Shown here: in pieces, positions 1 through 8,726 of the stretch | How positions within the stretch are numbered: position 1 is the stretch's first letter | Layout: every line of letters starts with the position of its first letter | Origin: Thermoleophilia bacterium | GTDB taxonomy: Bacteria; Actinomycetota; Thermoleophilia; RBG-16-64-13 | Reading direction: 5' to 3' | NCBI GenBank assembly: GCA_040772905.1 | Contig: JAXGXJ010000005.1 | Coordinates: 207,048 to 271,047 of the forward strand | DNA: 64,000 bases | The notes under the pieces: generated by a model | Database searches by the model: none | What the model saw: only the letters and a program-made list of their open reading frames with translations | Told to the model about the DNA's origin: nothing | Translations under genes and position numbers: made by a program

Positions 1-1431
1 CGGGAACTACCCGCCCATACGGGGTTCGCGGTGGCAGCAGGGCTGGAACAGTTGCTCGATCTGGTGGAGGGGCTGCGCTTCACCCGGCAAGACCTCGCGT
101 ACCTTGCAGGACTGCGTACGTTCGACGATGCGTTCATCGACTATCTGCGCGACTTCAGGCCGCGCTGCACCATCCAAGCCGTGCCGGAAGGGACGGTGGT
201 CTTTCCGCACGAACCCGTGCTGCAGGTGGAGGGCCCGCTCATCGAGGCGCAGTTGCTGGAGACAGCCATCCTCAACATGCTCAACTACCCCACCCTCGTC
301 GCGACCAAGGCCGCGCGCATCCGCCAGGCGTGCGGCGGTGACAGGCTGGTGGAGTTCGGCCTGCGGCGGGCCCAGGGGCCGGACGGAGGTCTGAGCGGGA
401 GCCGCGCCGCATACATAGGCGGCGCCGACAGCACTTCCAACGTGCTGGCCGGCAAGGCGTACGGCATCCCGGTGACGGGCACCCACGCTCATTCCTGGGT
501 GATGAGCTTCGACGACGAGCTGACCGCCTTCCGCACCTACGCCCAGTGCTACCCCGAGCCCATCCTGCTGGTCGATACCTACGACACACTCACCTCGGGG
601 CTGCCCAATGCGGTCAAGGTGTTCCAGGAGCTGCGCGCGGCCGGACGGCCGGCGCGCGCCGCGGTGCGGCTCGATTCCGGCGACCTGGCCCGTCTGAGCA
701 AGGCGGCCTATCGCATGTTCACTGAGGCGGGCTTCGCAGACCCGCTCATCGTAGCCTCGAACGAGCTCACCGAGGACCTCATCGCCGATCTGAAGCGCCA
801 GGGCGCGCCCATCAACTCCTGGGGTGTGGGCACCCATCTCATCACCGCCTCCGACCATCCCGCGCTTGGCGGCGTCTACAAGCTGGTGGCGGTGAAGATG
901 GACGGCGACCCGCACTGGGAGCCGCGCATCAAGCTGTCGTCGAACCCGCTGAAGATGACCGACCCGGGCCGCAAGCGCCTCGTGCGCTACCGCGATGCAG
1001 CAGGCCGCTTCGTCGCCGACATCATCCGTTTGGCCGATGAGCCCCACGAGGCCGACGAGTGCTCCGGTCCGGTGCCCTTCGTCGAGCGACACGACGTCTC
1101 GTACCTGCGCGGAGTCGAGGGATGGACCGGCTGCGAGGACCTTCTGCAGGTGGTCATGCGCGAGGGGGAGCGAGTGGCGCCGAGCCCGTCGTTGGAGGAT
1201 GTCCGCGCGCGCGCCCGCACCCAGATCGCGGCGTTGCCCGAAGAGGTGCGGCGTCTGCGGAACCCCGAGTACTACACCGTGGGCCTGTCACCGGCGCTGG
1301 CTGCGGAACGGTTGCGCTTGGCCGGGCAGGCACCGGGCGTCATCGCCCCGGGACCCATCCCTTCCACTGGAAGCCCGTCCACCGGGGGCCCGTCCGCCGA
1401 AAGCCCCAGACCGGGCACTGCGCGCGCCTAA
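1..1431 (+). CDS. pncB: nicotinate phosphoribosyltransferase (5'-truncated by window edge)
   Basis: Frame open from base 1; motifs EFGLRRAQG, GTHAHSW, LVDTYD, VRLDSGDL, GGVYKLV. Confidence 0.93.
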   Translation, partial: RELPAHTGFAVAAGLEQLLDLVEGLRFTRQDLAYLAGLRTFDDAFIDYLRDFRPRCTIQAVPEGTVVFPHEPVLQVEGPLIEAQLLETAILNMLNYPTLVATKAARIRQACGGDRLVEFGLRRAQGPDGGLSGSRAAYIGGADSTSNVLAGKAYGIPVTGTHAHSWVMSFDDELTAFRTYAQCYPEPILLVDTYDTLTSGLPNAVKVFQELRAAGRPARAAVRLDSGDLARLSKAAYRMFTEAGFADPLIVASNELTEDLIADLKRQGAPINSWGVGTHLITASDHPALGGVYKLVAVKMDGDPHWEPRIKLSSNPLKMTDPGRKRLVRYRDAAGRFVADIIRLADEPHEADECSGPVPFVERHDVSYLRGVEGWTGCEDLLQVVMREGERVAPSPSLEDVRARARTQIAALPEEVRRLRNPEYYTVGLSPALAAERLRLAGQAPGVIAPGPIPSTGSPSTGGPSAESPRPGTARA

Positions 1432-1440
1432 GCGCCCCGC

Positions 1441-1860
1441 TCAGGCCTGAGCCCTCGTCCCCTCCACCGGGATGGCCGTCGCTTGTCCCTTGGCCAGCAC
1501 CCTGCCCTGATCGTTGGTCACCACCAACTCCACCACCCTCAGCCGCCGCCCTCCGTGCAGCAGGCGACATTCGGCGGTGAGACGTTCGCCCAGAGCGCCG
1601 GAGCGGAACTGACTGAGACTCCACTGCACGGCCACCGCGTCACTGCGCGCGTTGACCGTCAGCGCGAAAGCGGCGTCGGCCAATGTGAACACGAAGCCCC
1701 CGTGGGCGGTGTTGTGGCGGTTGAGATGCTCCTCCCGCACGACAGCCGTCACCCGAGACACGTCCTCCGACGCCTCCTCCACCTCTATGCCGAGGAGTTC
1801 GGCGAACCTGTCTTCCACGAAGACCCTCTCCTGGTGAGTCTTGCCCGGTTCCTCGTTCAT
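1441..1860 (-). CDS. PaaI-family hotdog-fold thioesterase
   Basis: HLNRHNTAHGGFVFTLADAAF motif; GAGGAG SD before ATG 1860. Confidence 0.85.
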   Translation of the reverse strand: MNEEPGKTHQERVFVEDRFAELLGIEVEEASEDVSRVTAVVREEHLNRHNTAHGGFVFTLADAAFALTVNARSDAVAVQWSLSQFRSGALGERLTAECRLLHGGRRLRVVELVVTNDQGRVLAKGQATAIPVEGTRAQA

Positions 1861-1970
1861 GCGCTCCTCCCCGCGCCGGTGTCGCCCCGGCATCTGCCAA
1901 TTGTGCCTCCCAGCGTTTACCATGGTACATGCACAGGCCGTGATTCGAGCGTGCGCGCAAGGAGGCGTGG

Positions 1971-2259
1971 ATGTACTGCCCACAGTGTGGGGGAACGAAC
2001 GACGATTCGCTCAGGTACTGTCGTACCTGCGGGCTCGACCTGGAAGAGTATCGCCGACAGTGGCAGGAGGGCCAGGGTCAGGGCCAGGGCCAGGGTCAGG
2101 ATCAGACCCCGCCCCAGCAGACGCCGCCCGGCGGCCAGTATCGGCAGGGCTACGCGCAGGGTCCCCAGCAAGACTATCAGCGCGCCCAACCCCCCTACCC
2201 CTACCAGACACAGCCCTACTCGAACCAGTACTACCAGCAGCCTCAGTATGGCTACGGAT
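1971..2259 (+). pseudogene. 5' part of zinc-ribbon / Q-Y-P-rich / CD225 (dispanin) membrane protein gene interrupted by IS256
   Basis: MYCPQCG...CRTCG zinc ribbon, Gln/Tyr/Pro linker; removing the IS and one TSD joins in frame to 3646-3914. Confidence 0.85.
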
Positions 2260-3637
2260 GGTAGTGTGCTGACTTGTGTGCAAAAGCTCTTGAGGGAAGG
2301 ACAAGAGAAAAGGTCATGGTATGCATGTGATGCCGAATCACCCCTACGAGAGGGAGCACACCATGACCCAGGACAAGAGTACTCAAGCACGGTCTAACCT
2401 TAAAGCGCTGATTGCCGAGGACAAGAACTTCTTGCGCGAGATCGTGCGCGAGGCGATGCAGCAGATTCTCGAAGCTGAGATGACCGACACCGTCGGTGCG
2501 GAACCTGGTGAGCGCACCGAGGGCCGCCTGGGCTACCGCGCGGGCTACTACCCCCGCACTCTTGTCACCCGGGTGGGCAAGCTGGAACTGAGAGTCCCCC
2601 GTGACCGCGACGGCCGCTTCTCCACGGAGCTCTTCGAGCGCTACCAACGCTCGGAGAAGGCCTTGGTCTCAGCTCTTGCCGAGATGTATGTCCAGGGGGT
2701 CTCCACCCGCAAGGTGAAGGCCATCACCGAGGAACTGTGCGGCCACAGCTTCTCCGCTTCGGCCATCAGCCAAATCAACAAGGGCCTCGATAAGAGCCTG
2801 CGGGAGTTCGCGACTAGGCGCCTGGAGGAACCCTACCCCTACCTGATCCTCGACGCCCGCTACGAGAAAGTGCGGGAAGGCGGCGTCATCCGTTCCCAGG
2901 CCGTCTTCATCGGCATCGGCATCAACCAGGAGGGTTACCGCCAGGTCTTGGGGGTGGAACTGGCCGGCAGGGAGAGCCAGACGAGCTGGCGGGACTTCCT
3001 CGCCTCCTTGAGAGACCGAGGACTCCACGGCGTCGAGTTCGTGGTCTCCGACGCCCACGAAGGACTGCGGAAGAGCCTTATGGAGATGCTCCCCGAAGCC
3101 GCCTGGCAACGCTGCTACGTGCATTTCCTGCGTAACGCTCTTGACCACCTGCCCCGGAAAGCCAACGACGACTGCCTGCAGGAGCTCCGGTGGCTCTACG
3201 ATCGCCGGGACGTGGCCGAAGCCCAGAAAGACCTCTCCGCCTGGCTCGCTCGTTGGCAGAAGACCTATCCCAAGCTCTGCGACTGGGTGGAGGAGAACAT
3301 CGCCGAGACCCTGACCTTTTACCGTCTGCCCCGCGGCCATCACAAGCATCTCAAGAGCACCAACATGCTGGAGAGGCTGAACGAGGAGATCAAGCGCCGG
3401 ACCCGGGTGGTGAGGATCTTCCCGAACGTCGACAGCTGCCTGAGGCTCATCCGGGCTCTCGCCGTCGAGACCCATGAAGGCTGGCTCGAGGAGCATCGCT
3501 ACCTCAACATGGATCTCCTTGACGAGCACAAGCGCGAACTACTGCGGCAACTGGAGGAGGCGGCCTAAGAAGAAGACGTCACGGAAGGACCAGCGTCATA
3601 CCGTGATCTGCTTTTGCACAGATTGACAAACACAACC
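2260..3637 (+). mobile_element. IS256-family insertion sequence, 1378 bp
   Basis: IRL GGTAGTGTGCTGACTTGTGTGCAAAAGC; reverse complement of right end GGTTGTGTTTGTCAATCTGTGCAAAAGC; 8-bp direct repeat CTACGGAT at 2252-2259 and 3638-3645. Confidence 0.95.
2363..3568 (+). CDS. IS256-family (Mutator-type DDE) transposase
   Basis: VPRDRDG.F, GVSTRKV, LDARYEKVR, VSDAHEGL, QRCYVHFLRN, STNMLERLNEEIKRR; intact ORF. Confidence 0.95.
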   Translation: MTQDKSTQARSNLKALIAEDKNFLREIVREAMQQILEAEMTDTVGAEPGERTEGRLGYRAGYYPRTLVTRVGKLELRVPRDRDGRFSTELFERYQRSEKALVSALAEMYVQGVSTRKVKAITEELCGHSFSASAISQINKGLDKSLREFATRRLEEPYPYLILDARYEKVREGGVIRSQAVFIGIGINQEGYRQVLGVELAGRESQTSWRDFLASLRDRGLHGVEFVVSDAHEGLRKSLMEMLPEAAWQRCYVHFLRNALDHLPRKANDDCLQELRWLYDRRDVAEAQKDLSAWLARWQKTYPKLCDWVEENIAETLTFYRLPRGHHKHLKSTNMLERLNEEIKRRTRVVRIFPNVDSCLRLIRALAVETHEGWLEEHRYLNMDLLDEHKRELLRQLEEAA

Positions 3638-3645
3638 CTACGGAT

Positions 3646-3914
3646 ATGGCAACGTCGAGCGCATACCCAGCTACATGGCCTGGGCCATCATCACACTCAT
3701 ACTCTGCTTCTGGCCCACGGGGATCGCGGCAGTGGTGTACGCCAGCCGCGTGGGCGACCGGCTGGCCATCGGCGATATTGCCGGTGCCCGCGAAGCGTCA
3801 CGCAAAGCCAAGATGTGGTCGTGGATCTCGTTCGGCATCGCGCTGGCCGGCGTCGTCATCGCCATCATCTTCTCGATCCTCGTGGCGGCGGTGTCGTTCA
3901 ATAGCATCTACTAA
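3646..3914 (+). pseudogene. 3' part (CD225/dispanin domain) of the IS-interrupted gene
   Basis: IPSYMAWAIITLILCFWPTGIAAVVYASRV...AREASRKAKMWSWI is typical CD225; internal ATG at 3675. Confidence 0.85.
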
Positions 3915-4056
3915 AGAACTGCTGCCCATCTATGACGGCGGGCGGGGGTCGGCGCACGGTGACCGACGAGCGACTATCGCAGGAAGCCCGCGTTGGCAGC
4001 CGCGCCGCGTCTCGGGCATACTGAGCGCCACCAGTCTGTCTCTTGACTGCACCCGT

Positions 4057-4143
4057 GGAGGGGTGGCGGAGTCTGGTTGATCGCACCGGTCTTGAAAACC
4101 GGCAGGCCGCAAGGTCTCGCGGGTTCGAATCCCGCCCCCTCCG
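4057..4143 (+). tRNA. tRNA-Ser, anticodon TGA (CCA not encoded)
   Basis: Acceptor stem GGAGGGG/CCCCTCC, anticodon arm CCGGT-CTTGAAA-ACCGG, long variable arm, GGTTCGAATCC T-loop, discriminator G. Confidence 0.95.
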
Positions 4144-4439
4144 TCTCATTGTCGGGCTTTTTCGTACCATTCGGAGGGGTAGCGGCATCACGGCATTCGG
4201 GCAGTTGCCGACATCCTGCCAGCGCTTGATGCGAACGCGCTTCCTGCCTGTTTGTCCCGGTCCTCGAGTTCGTGCGCGTTGCGAGGATCGTGAGGTCCTA
4301 TGGGCGGGAAACCAGGTGGTGCGACCCCATTCGCGTAGCTAAGGCCGACGCAGGAGTCTGTCGCTGCGTTTCGAATATTGCGTTTAGCGGAAGAAGTGCT
4401 ATAGTCGCGGCGATCGACGGACAGCAGAGGGAGACGACA

Positions 4440-4886
4440 ATGGCGCGGAGCGGCCTAGCATATTCACTGGAGCAAGAGCCGGTGTCGGCATCTCGAGAAG
4501 AGTCTGGAGACGTCGTCCTTCTCAAGGACTACCTGGAGAAGCAGCGACTCCCTGAACTCTGCACACCCGACGGCAAAAGAATCGCATTGCCCAACTCGGT
4601 GTACCAAGTCCTCATGAAGGTGCTCACTGAGATGTCGCAGGGCAATGCCGTCGCGGTCGTCCCCATCCATCACGAGCTGACCACCCAAGAGGCCGCTGAT
4701 CTCTTGAATGTATCCCGGCCTTTCCTTGTGAAGCTGCTCGAGGAAGGGCATATCCCTTTTAGAAAGACGGGGACCCACCGGCGTGTTCTGTTCCAAGACC
4801 TGATGGAGTACAGGCGTCGCCGGGATGTTAAAAGGGCCGCTGCGCTGGAAGAGCTTGCCACTGAAGATGCGCGACTGGGCATCTAG
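4440..4886 (+). CDS. excisionase-family HTH_17 DNA-binding protein (putative antitoxin partner of PIN)
   Basis: ELTTQEAADLLNVSRPFLVKLLEEGHIPFRKTGTHRRV; SD GAGGGAG; putative -10 TGCTATAGT upstream. Confidence 0.9.
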   Translation: MARSGLAYSLEQEPVSASREESGDVVLLKDYLEKQRLPELCTPDGKRIALPNSVYQVLMKVLTEMSQGNAVAVVPIHHELTTQEAADLLNVSRPFLVKLLEEGHIPFRKTGTHRRVLFQDLMEYRRRRDVKRAAALEELATEDARLGI

Positions 4887-4911
4887 ACAGGCAACCCACG
4901 AGTAGCTTCAC

Positions 4912-5452
4912 GTGGCTTTCCTCGCCGTCCTAGACGCCTGCGTCCTTTTTCCCTGTCGAACTGCGGAATCTCCTGCTCTGTGTTGCCGAACAGGGTCTCT
5001 ACAGACCCCTGTGGACCAAAAATATCCTCTCGGAGATGCGGCGCAGCATCCTGAGGCGGAACTCGCACTTGAGCAACAACCAATTGGATCATCTGGTGGC
5101 TCAGATGAAGATCGCCTTCCCGGAGGCCATGATCAGCGGCTATGAGCCGCTCGAATCCGCGATGACCAACGACCCCAAGGACAGGCACGTCCTCGCGGCG
5201 GCCGTCCGTGGGCGCGCCGATGTGATTGTCACGCTCAACCTGAAGCACTTCGAGCCGGAGCACTGTCTACCCTATGACGTCGACGTCCAGACACCGGATG
5301 ACTTCCTGGTCCACGCCTACCACCTCAGCCCAGCCCGTTTCTTGGCTGCGTTCGACAATCAGGTGTCACGTAACCGGAAGCCGCCGAACACCAGAGAAGG
5401 TCTCATCGACTCTCTCGCCAGCGTGCCTCCCGAGCTGACCAAGATGCTCTAG
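4912..5452 (+). pseudogene. PIN-domain (VapC-like) ribonuclease, frameshifted near 4946-4953
   Basis: N-term AVLDACVLFP in one frame; LRNLLL..GLYRPLW..DPKDRHVLAAAV..IVTLNLKHF in the next; removing 1 nt in TTTTTCCC restores 179 aa. Confidence 0.8.
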
Positions 5453-5572
5453 CACCTTGAGGTTGCCGACATTTTGCCGACACTCATCTCAAAATGCCGT
5501 TGATCCGGTTGGAGCCCCTGGCGACCGGTGAGCCGCCAGATGCCATGTATCCATGAATGCCCGGCCGGCCCG

Positions 5573-5875
5573 TCAGACCTCTGCCGGCGCTTGGGGCTCG
5601 TCCGGCAACTGCGAGTCGTGCCACACGCCGACCACCCAGATGACATCGCCTTGGACGCGATAGAACACTCGGTACGACCCGACCAAAACCTCACGAAACC
5701 CGAGCCTTTCGAACTCGGGGATCATGCGGCCTGACTCGGGGAAGTCAACCAGCCGCAACAAAGCGGCCTCCAACTGGATCCTGAAGTGTCGGGCGGCCGC
5801 GGGACGCTCCGCATAGATGTAGGCTGCGGCCGCAAGCAGTTGCGCCCGAGCCGACGGTGTGAACCGGATTCTCAC
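5573..5875 (-). CDS. RelE/ParE-family type II toxin
   Basis: MRIRFTPSA...FPESGRMIPE...REVLVGSYRVFYRV...VWH; overlaps antitoxin stop by 4 nt. Confidence 0.88.
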   Translation of the reverse strand: MRIRFTPSARAQLLAAAAYIYAERPAAARHFRIQLEAALLRLVDFPESGRMIPEFERLGFREVLVGSYRVFYRVQGDVIWVVGVWHDSQLPDEPQAPAEV

Positions 5876-6147
5876 TTGACCTCGAGCACTGCGTCTAGAT
5901 CGGCCATCACCACGTCCAGGTCGTACCCGACGCCCGCGGCGATCTCTACCTCGCCTCGTGCGAGGATGCGCAGGATCTCGAGCTCCCGCTGAGTGCGCTC
6001 GTAGGCAGCGGCGCTCACTAGGACGGCTGAAGCTCGGCCGTGCTGGGTAATGAAGACAGGATCGCCCGTGGCAGACGCACGTTTGACGATGGCGGAGGCA
6101 TCCTGACGTAGCTCACTGATGGGGATGATGATAGGCATCGCGCTCAT
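5872..6147 (-). CDS. Phd/YefM-family antitoxin
   Basis: IPISELRQDAS...PVFITQHGRASAVLVS; SD GGAGGTG. Confidence 0.9.
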   Translation of the reverse strand: MSAMPIIIPISELRQDASAIVKRASATGDPVFITQHGRASAVLVSAAAYERTQRELEILRILARGEVEIAAGVGYDLDVVMADLDAVLEVK

Positions 6148-6287
6148 ATATGGCACCTCCTTCGATAGTGAAGATGGTATCAAATATGTCCCCCCTCTGA
6201 CGCATTGAACGGTCCCGGCGCCAGTATGATTGGCCCACCTTGCCCCTCCATCCGACCTTGGTAGTAGCCAAAGGTTGAAGATAGGCT

Positions 6288-6335
6288 AAACCGGCAGGCC
6301 GCAAGGTCTCAGGGGTTCGAATCCCGTCCCCTCCG
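6288..6335 (+). repeat. att-like direct repeat of tRNA-Ser 3' half
   Basis: AAACCGGCAGGCCGCAAGGTCTCAGGGGTTCGAATCCCGTCCCCTCCG versus 4096-4143, 3 mismatches. Confidence 0.92.
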
Positions 6336-6348
6336 CCTTGTCCGGCCC

Positions 6349-8004
6349 CTACACCATTACCTCGATCAGCCGCGGGCTCCCCGAGCCCATGGCACTGCGC
6401 AGTGCATCGCCCAGCAGCTCCGGGTCGGAGATCCTCGTGCCCTCCACTCCCATGGAACGGGCCAGCGCGCTGAAGTCGATCACCGGTTGGTCCAGGTCCA
6501 TCCCATCGTGCTTCTCTTTGAGTGGGCCTTGCACACCAAGCACCGCCTGGCGCACCAACTTGACCTGCCCATACGTGGCATTGTTGGTGATTACATAGGT
6601 GACCGGGATCTGATAGCGCGCAGCCGTCCAGAGCGTCTGCATGGACCATGAGGCGCTGCCGTCACCGATGACCGCCAGCACGTCTTTGTCAGGCCGTCCC
6701 AACTTCACGCCCAGCGCCGACGGCAGGCCCTCACCGATGCTGCCACCGTTGCGCGAGCGGATGTAGCTGAGGGGGCGAGAGGGCGAGAGAGCCGCGCGGA
6801 GCGCCCTGGACGCGGACCAGCATTCATCCACCACCACGGTGTCGTCGTCGACCACGTTGCTGATCTCGGTCATCAGCCGTCCGATGGAGATGGGGACGGC
6901 GTCGCGACGGGCCTCTGTCTGCGTCCGCCAGGCTGCGTCCGCGGCAGCCTTCTGAGCCTGCACGTTCGCGGCCCGTCGGGCGGCACGCTCTCGGGCCTCG
7001 GAGGTCAAACACGCCTCCAGCGATGCATTCAGCTCTCGGAGCGTCGCTCTCACATCCCCTAGGAGACCGAACTCGGTGGGGAGGTTCTTGCCGATCTCCC
7101 AGGGATCGTCATCGACGTGGATGACTCTGGTAGTGCGCGGCAACGGGCAACACGTGTGCGTGAACCCTTCCGCGAACAAGGAGCACCCGATGCCCACCAG
7201 CACGTCGACCTCGGCCATGATCTCGGCCGCCTGGGGACTCGTGGGATCGAGGTCGCCTAGGTACTGAGGATGGGCGACCGGGAAGTTCACATCGGCCATC
7301 CAAGCCTGATACACCGGAGCCCCGATCGACTCCGCGAAGCGCACGACCTCTTCGAGGGCCCCCGACCGGGTCACTCCGCTCTCGACCATCACGAGAGGGT
7401 GACGGGCGGCAGCGAGTGCTTCGGCGGCTCGCTCGATCTCCGCGGCATCGGGACGAGAAGGTGCGCAGTGGGTGGCGCGGGGATCAGCGGTGTAGTCGAA
7501 CTCGCCCTGGAGCAGGTCCTGCGGCAACGAGACGACCACCGGGCCGGTGGGAGGCTGTGTGGCCATCTTGAAGGCCCTGTCGATCACGATGGGCAGATCC
7601 TCGGTACGCATCAGCTCGGTGCTCCACTTGCCGTGGATCTTGCCCAAGCCCACGATGTCGCCCGTCAGTTGCGGATCGCGCTGCAGCAAACGGCTGTCGT
7701 TCTGCCCCACCGTCACCACCAGCGGCACCTTGCCCAGCTGCGCGTTGTAGAGGAGCGCACCTCCGCCGGCTAGGCCCGAAGCTGTGTGCAGGTTCAGCAC
7801 CCCCGGCTTGCCCGAGGCGCGGGCGTAGCCCGCAGCCATGCCCACGCACACCACTTCGTGCAGCCCCAACATGTACCGGATGTCCGGGCACTTCTCCAGA
7901 GCATCCATAAAATGGATCTCCGTGGCTCCTGGGATGCCAAACACATAGTCGACATCGTGAGCCCGCAGCAACTCGATGAGGGCGCTCTTGCCCGTGGTCT
8001 TCAT
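6349..8004 (-). CDS. thiamine pyrophosphate enzyme (benzoylformate decarboxylase / acetolactate synthase-like)
   Basis: VFGIPGATE, LGLHEVV, GDGS...NNATY TPP motif. Confidence 0.85.
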   Translation of the reverse strand: MKTTGKSALIELLRAHDVDYVFGIPGATEIHFMDALEKCPDIRYMLGLHEVVCVGMAAGYARASGKPGVLNLHTASGLAGGGALLYNAQLGKVPLVVTVGQNDSRLLQRDPQLTGDIVGLGKIHGKWSTELMRTEDLPIVIDRAFKMATQPPTGPVVVSLPQDLLQGEFDYTADPRATHCAPSRPDAAEIERAAEALAAARHPLVMVESGVTRSGALEEVVRFAESIGAPVYQAWMADVNFPVAHPQYLGDLDPTSPQAAEIMAEVDVLVGIGCSLFAEGFTHTCCPLPRTTRVIHVDDDPWEIGKNLPTEFGLLGDVRATLRELNASLEACLTSEARERAARRAANVQAQKAAADAAWRTQTEARRDAVPISIGRLMTEISNVVDDDTVVVDECWSASRALRAALSPSRPLSYIRSRNGGSIGEGLPSALGVKLGRPDKDVLAVIGDGSASWSMQTLWTAARYQIPVTYVITNNATYGQVKLVRQAVLGVQGPLKEKHDGMDLDQPVIDFSALARSMGVEGTRISDPELLGDALRSAMGSGSPRLIEVMV

Positions 8005-8177
8005 GTCGATACACTCCCTGTCTTCTGGCTGTATGCAGCATGGTACACAAGTTCTCCGCCACGCCGCATGCGGCGCAACAGAGATGCTGTCTCCTGGTGA
8101 TGGAGTGTCGCGCTGATGCTATGCTCCGCTGGTACCATTCGCGACACCCGCCGAGAGATCGAAGCCCGAGGAGACTG

Positions 8178-8726
8178 ATGGAGACCTCCCCTCCTAATGC
8201 CGTCGCCGCCGTCTGCGGTCTGTATTGCGCCGCCTGCAGCTTCTACATCGGGTCGCACGAAGAGCCGGAGCGTCTCGCCGGCTTGGCAGACCGCTTCGGC
8301 CAGAGCGTGGATGCGGTGTACTGCGACGGCTGTCGCAGTGAACGACGCACCTTCTACTGCCAGACCTGCTCGCTCTTCCGCTGTGCGGTCGAGCGTGACC
8401 TGGACTTCTGCTCGGAATGCGCCGACTACCCCTGCGCCGATCTGAAGGCCTTTCAGGCTCAGTTGCCTCACCGTGCGGAACTCTGGAACTCGCTGGAGAC
8501 CATCCGCACGCGCGGTTGGGAGGCCTGGGAGCAGGAGATGGAGCAGCTCTACGCCTGCCCCGGCTGCGGCACCATCAACTCGGCCTACGACCTGGAATGC
8601 CGCGCCTGCGGGCACGCGCCCGGCAGCCGGTTCGCCCAGAGACACGGCGACGCGGTGCGCGCTCTCTTCGCCGCGGCGCACCCCGAGGGCTCATCGACGG
8701 CCGAAGGACCCCATGAGCAGTACTGA
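8178..8726 (+). CDS. DUF3795 Cys-rich protein with C-terminal zinc ribbon
   Basis: CGLYCAAC...CDGC...C..F.C...FCSECADYPC; CPGCG..CRACG. Confidence 0.75.
   Translation: METSPPNAVAAVCGLYCAACSFYIGSHEEPERLAGLADRFGQSVDAVYCDGCRSERRTFYCQTCSLFRCAVERDLDFCSECADYPCADLKAFQAQLPHRAELWNSLETIRTRGWEAWEQEMEQLYACPGCGTINSAYDLECRACGHAPGSRFAQRHGDAVRALFAAAHPEGSSTAEGPHEQY

Larger units (their letters stand above)
4144..6335. mobile_element. tRNA-anchored genomic islet (integrase-less remnant) carrying two TA-type gene pairs
   Basis: Bounded by tRNA 3' half (4096-4143) and its 45/48 direct repeat (6288-6335). Confidence 0.8.

Noticed and set aside
2063-2100. (CAGGGY)n microsatellite as a phase-variation switch
   Set aside because: 6-bp unit keeps frame and simply encodes a QG linker
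4057-4143. tRNA-Sec or opal suppressor
   Set aside because: Anticodon is TGA (reads UCA, Ser), not TCA; normal 7-bp acceptor stem
6288-6335. Second tRNA gene
   Set aside because: Only the 3' half is present; no D-arm or 5' acceptor strand
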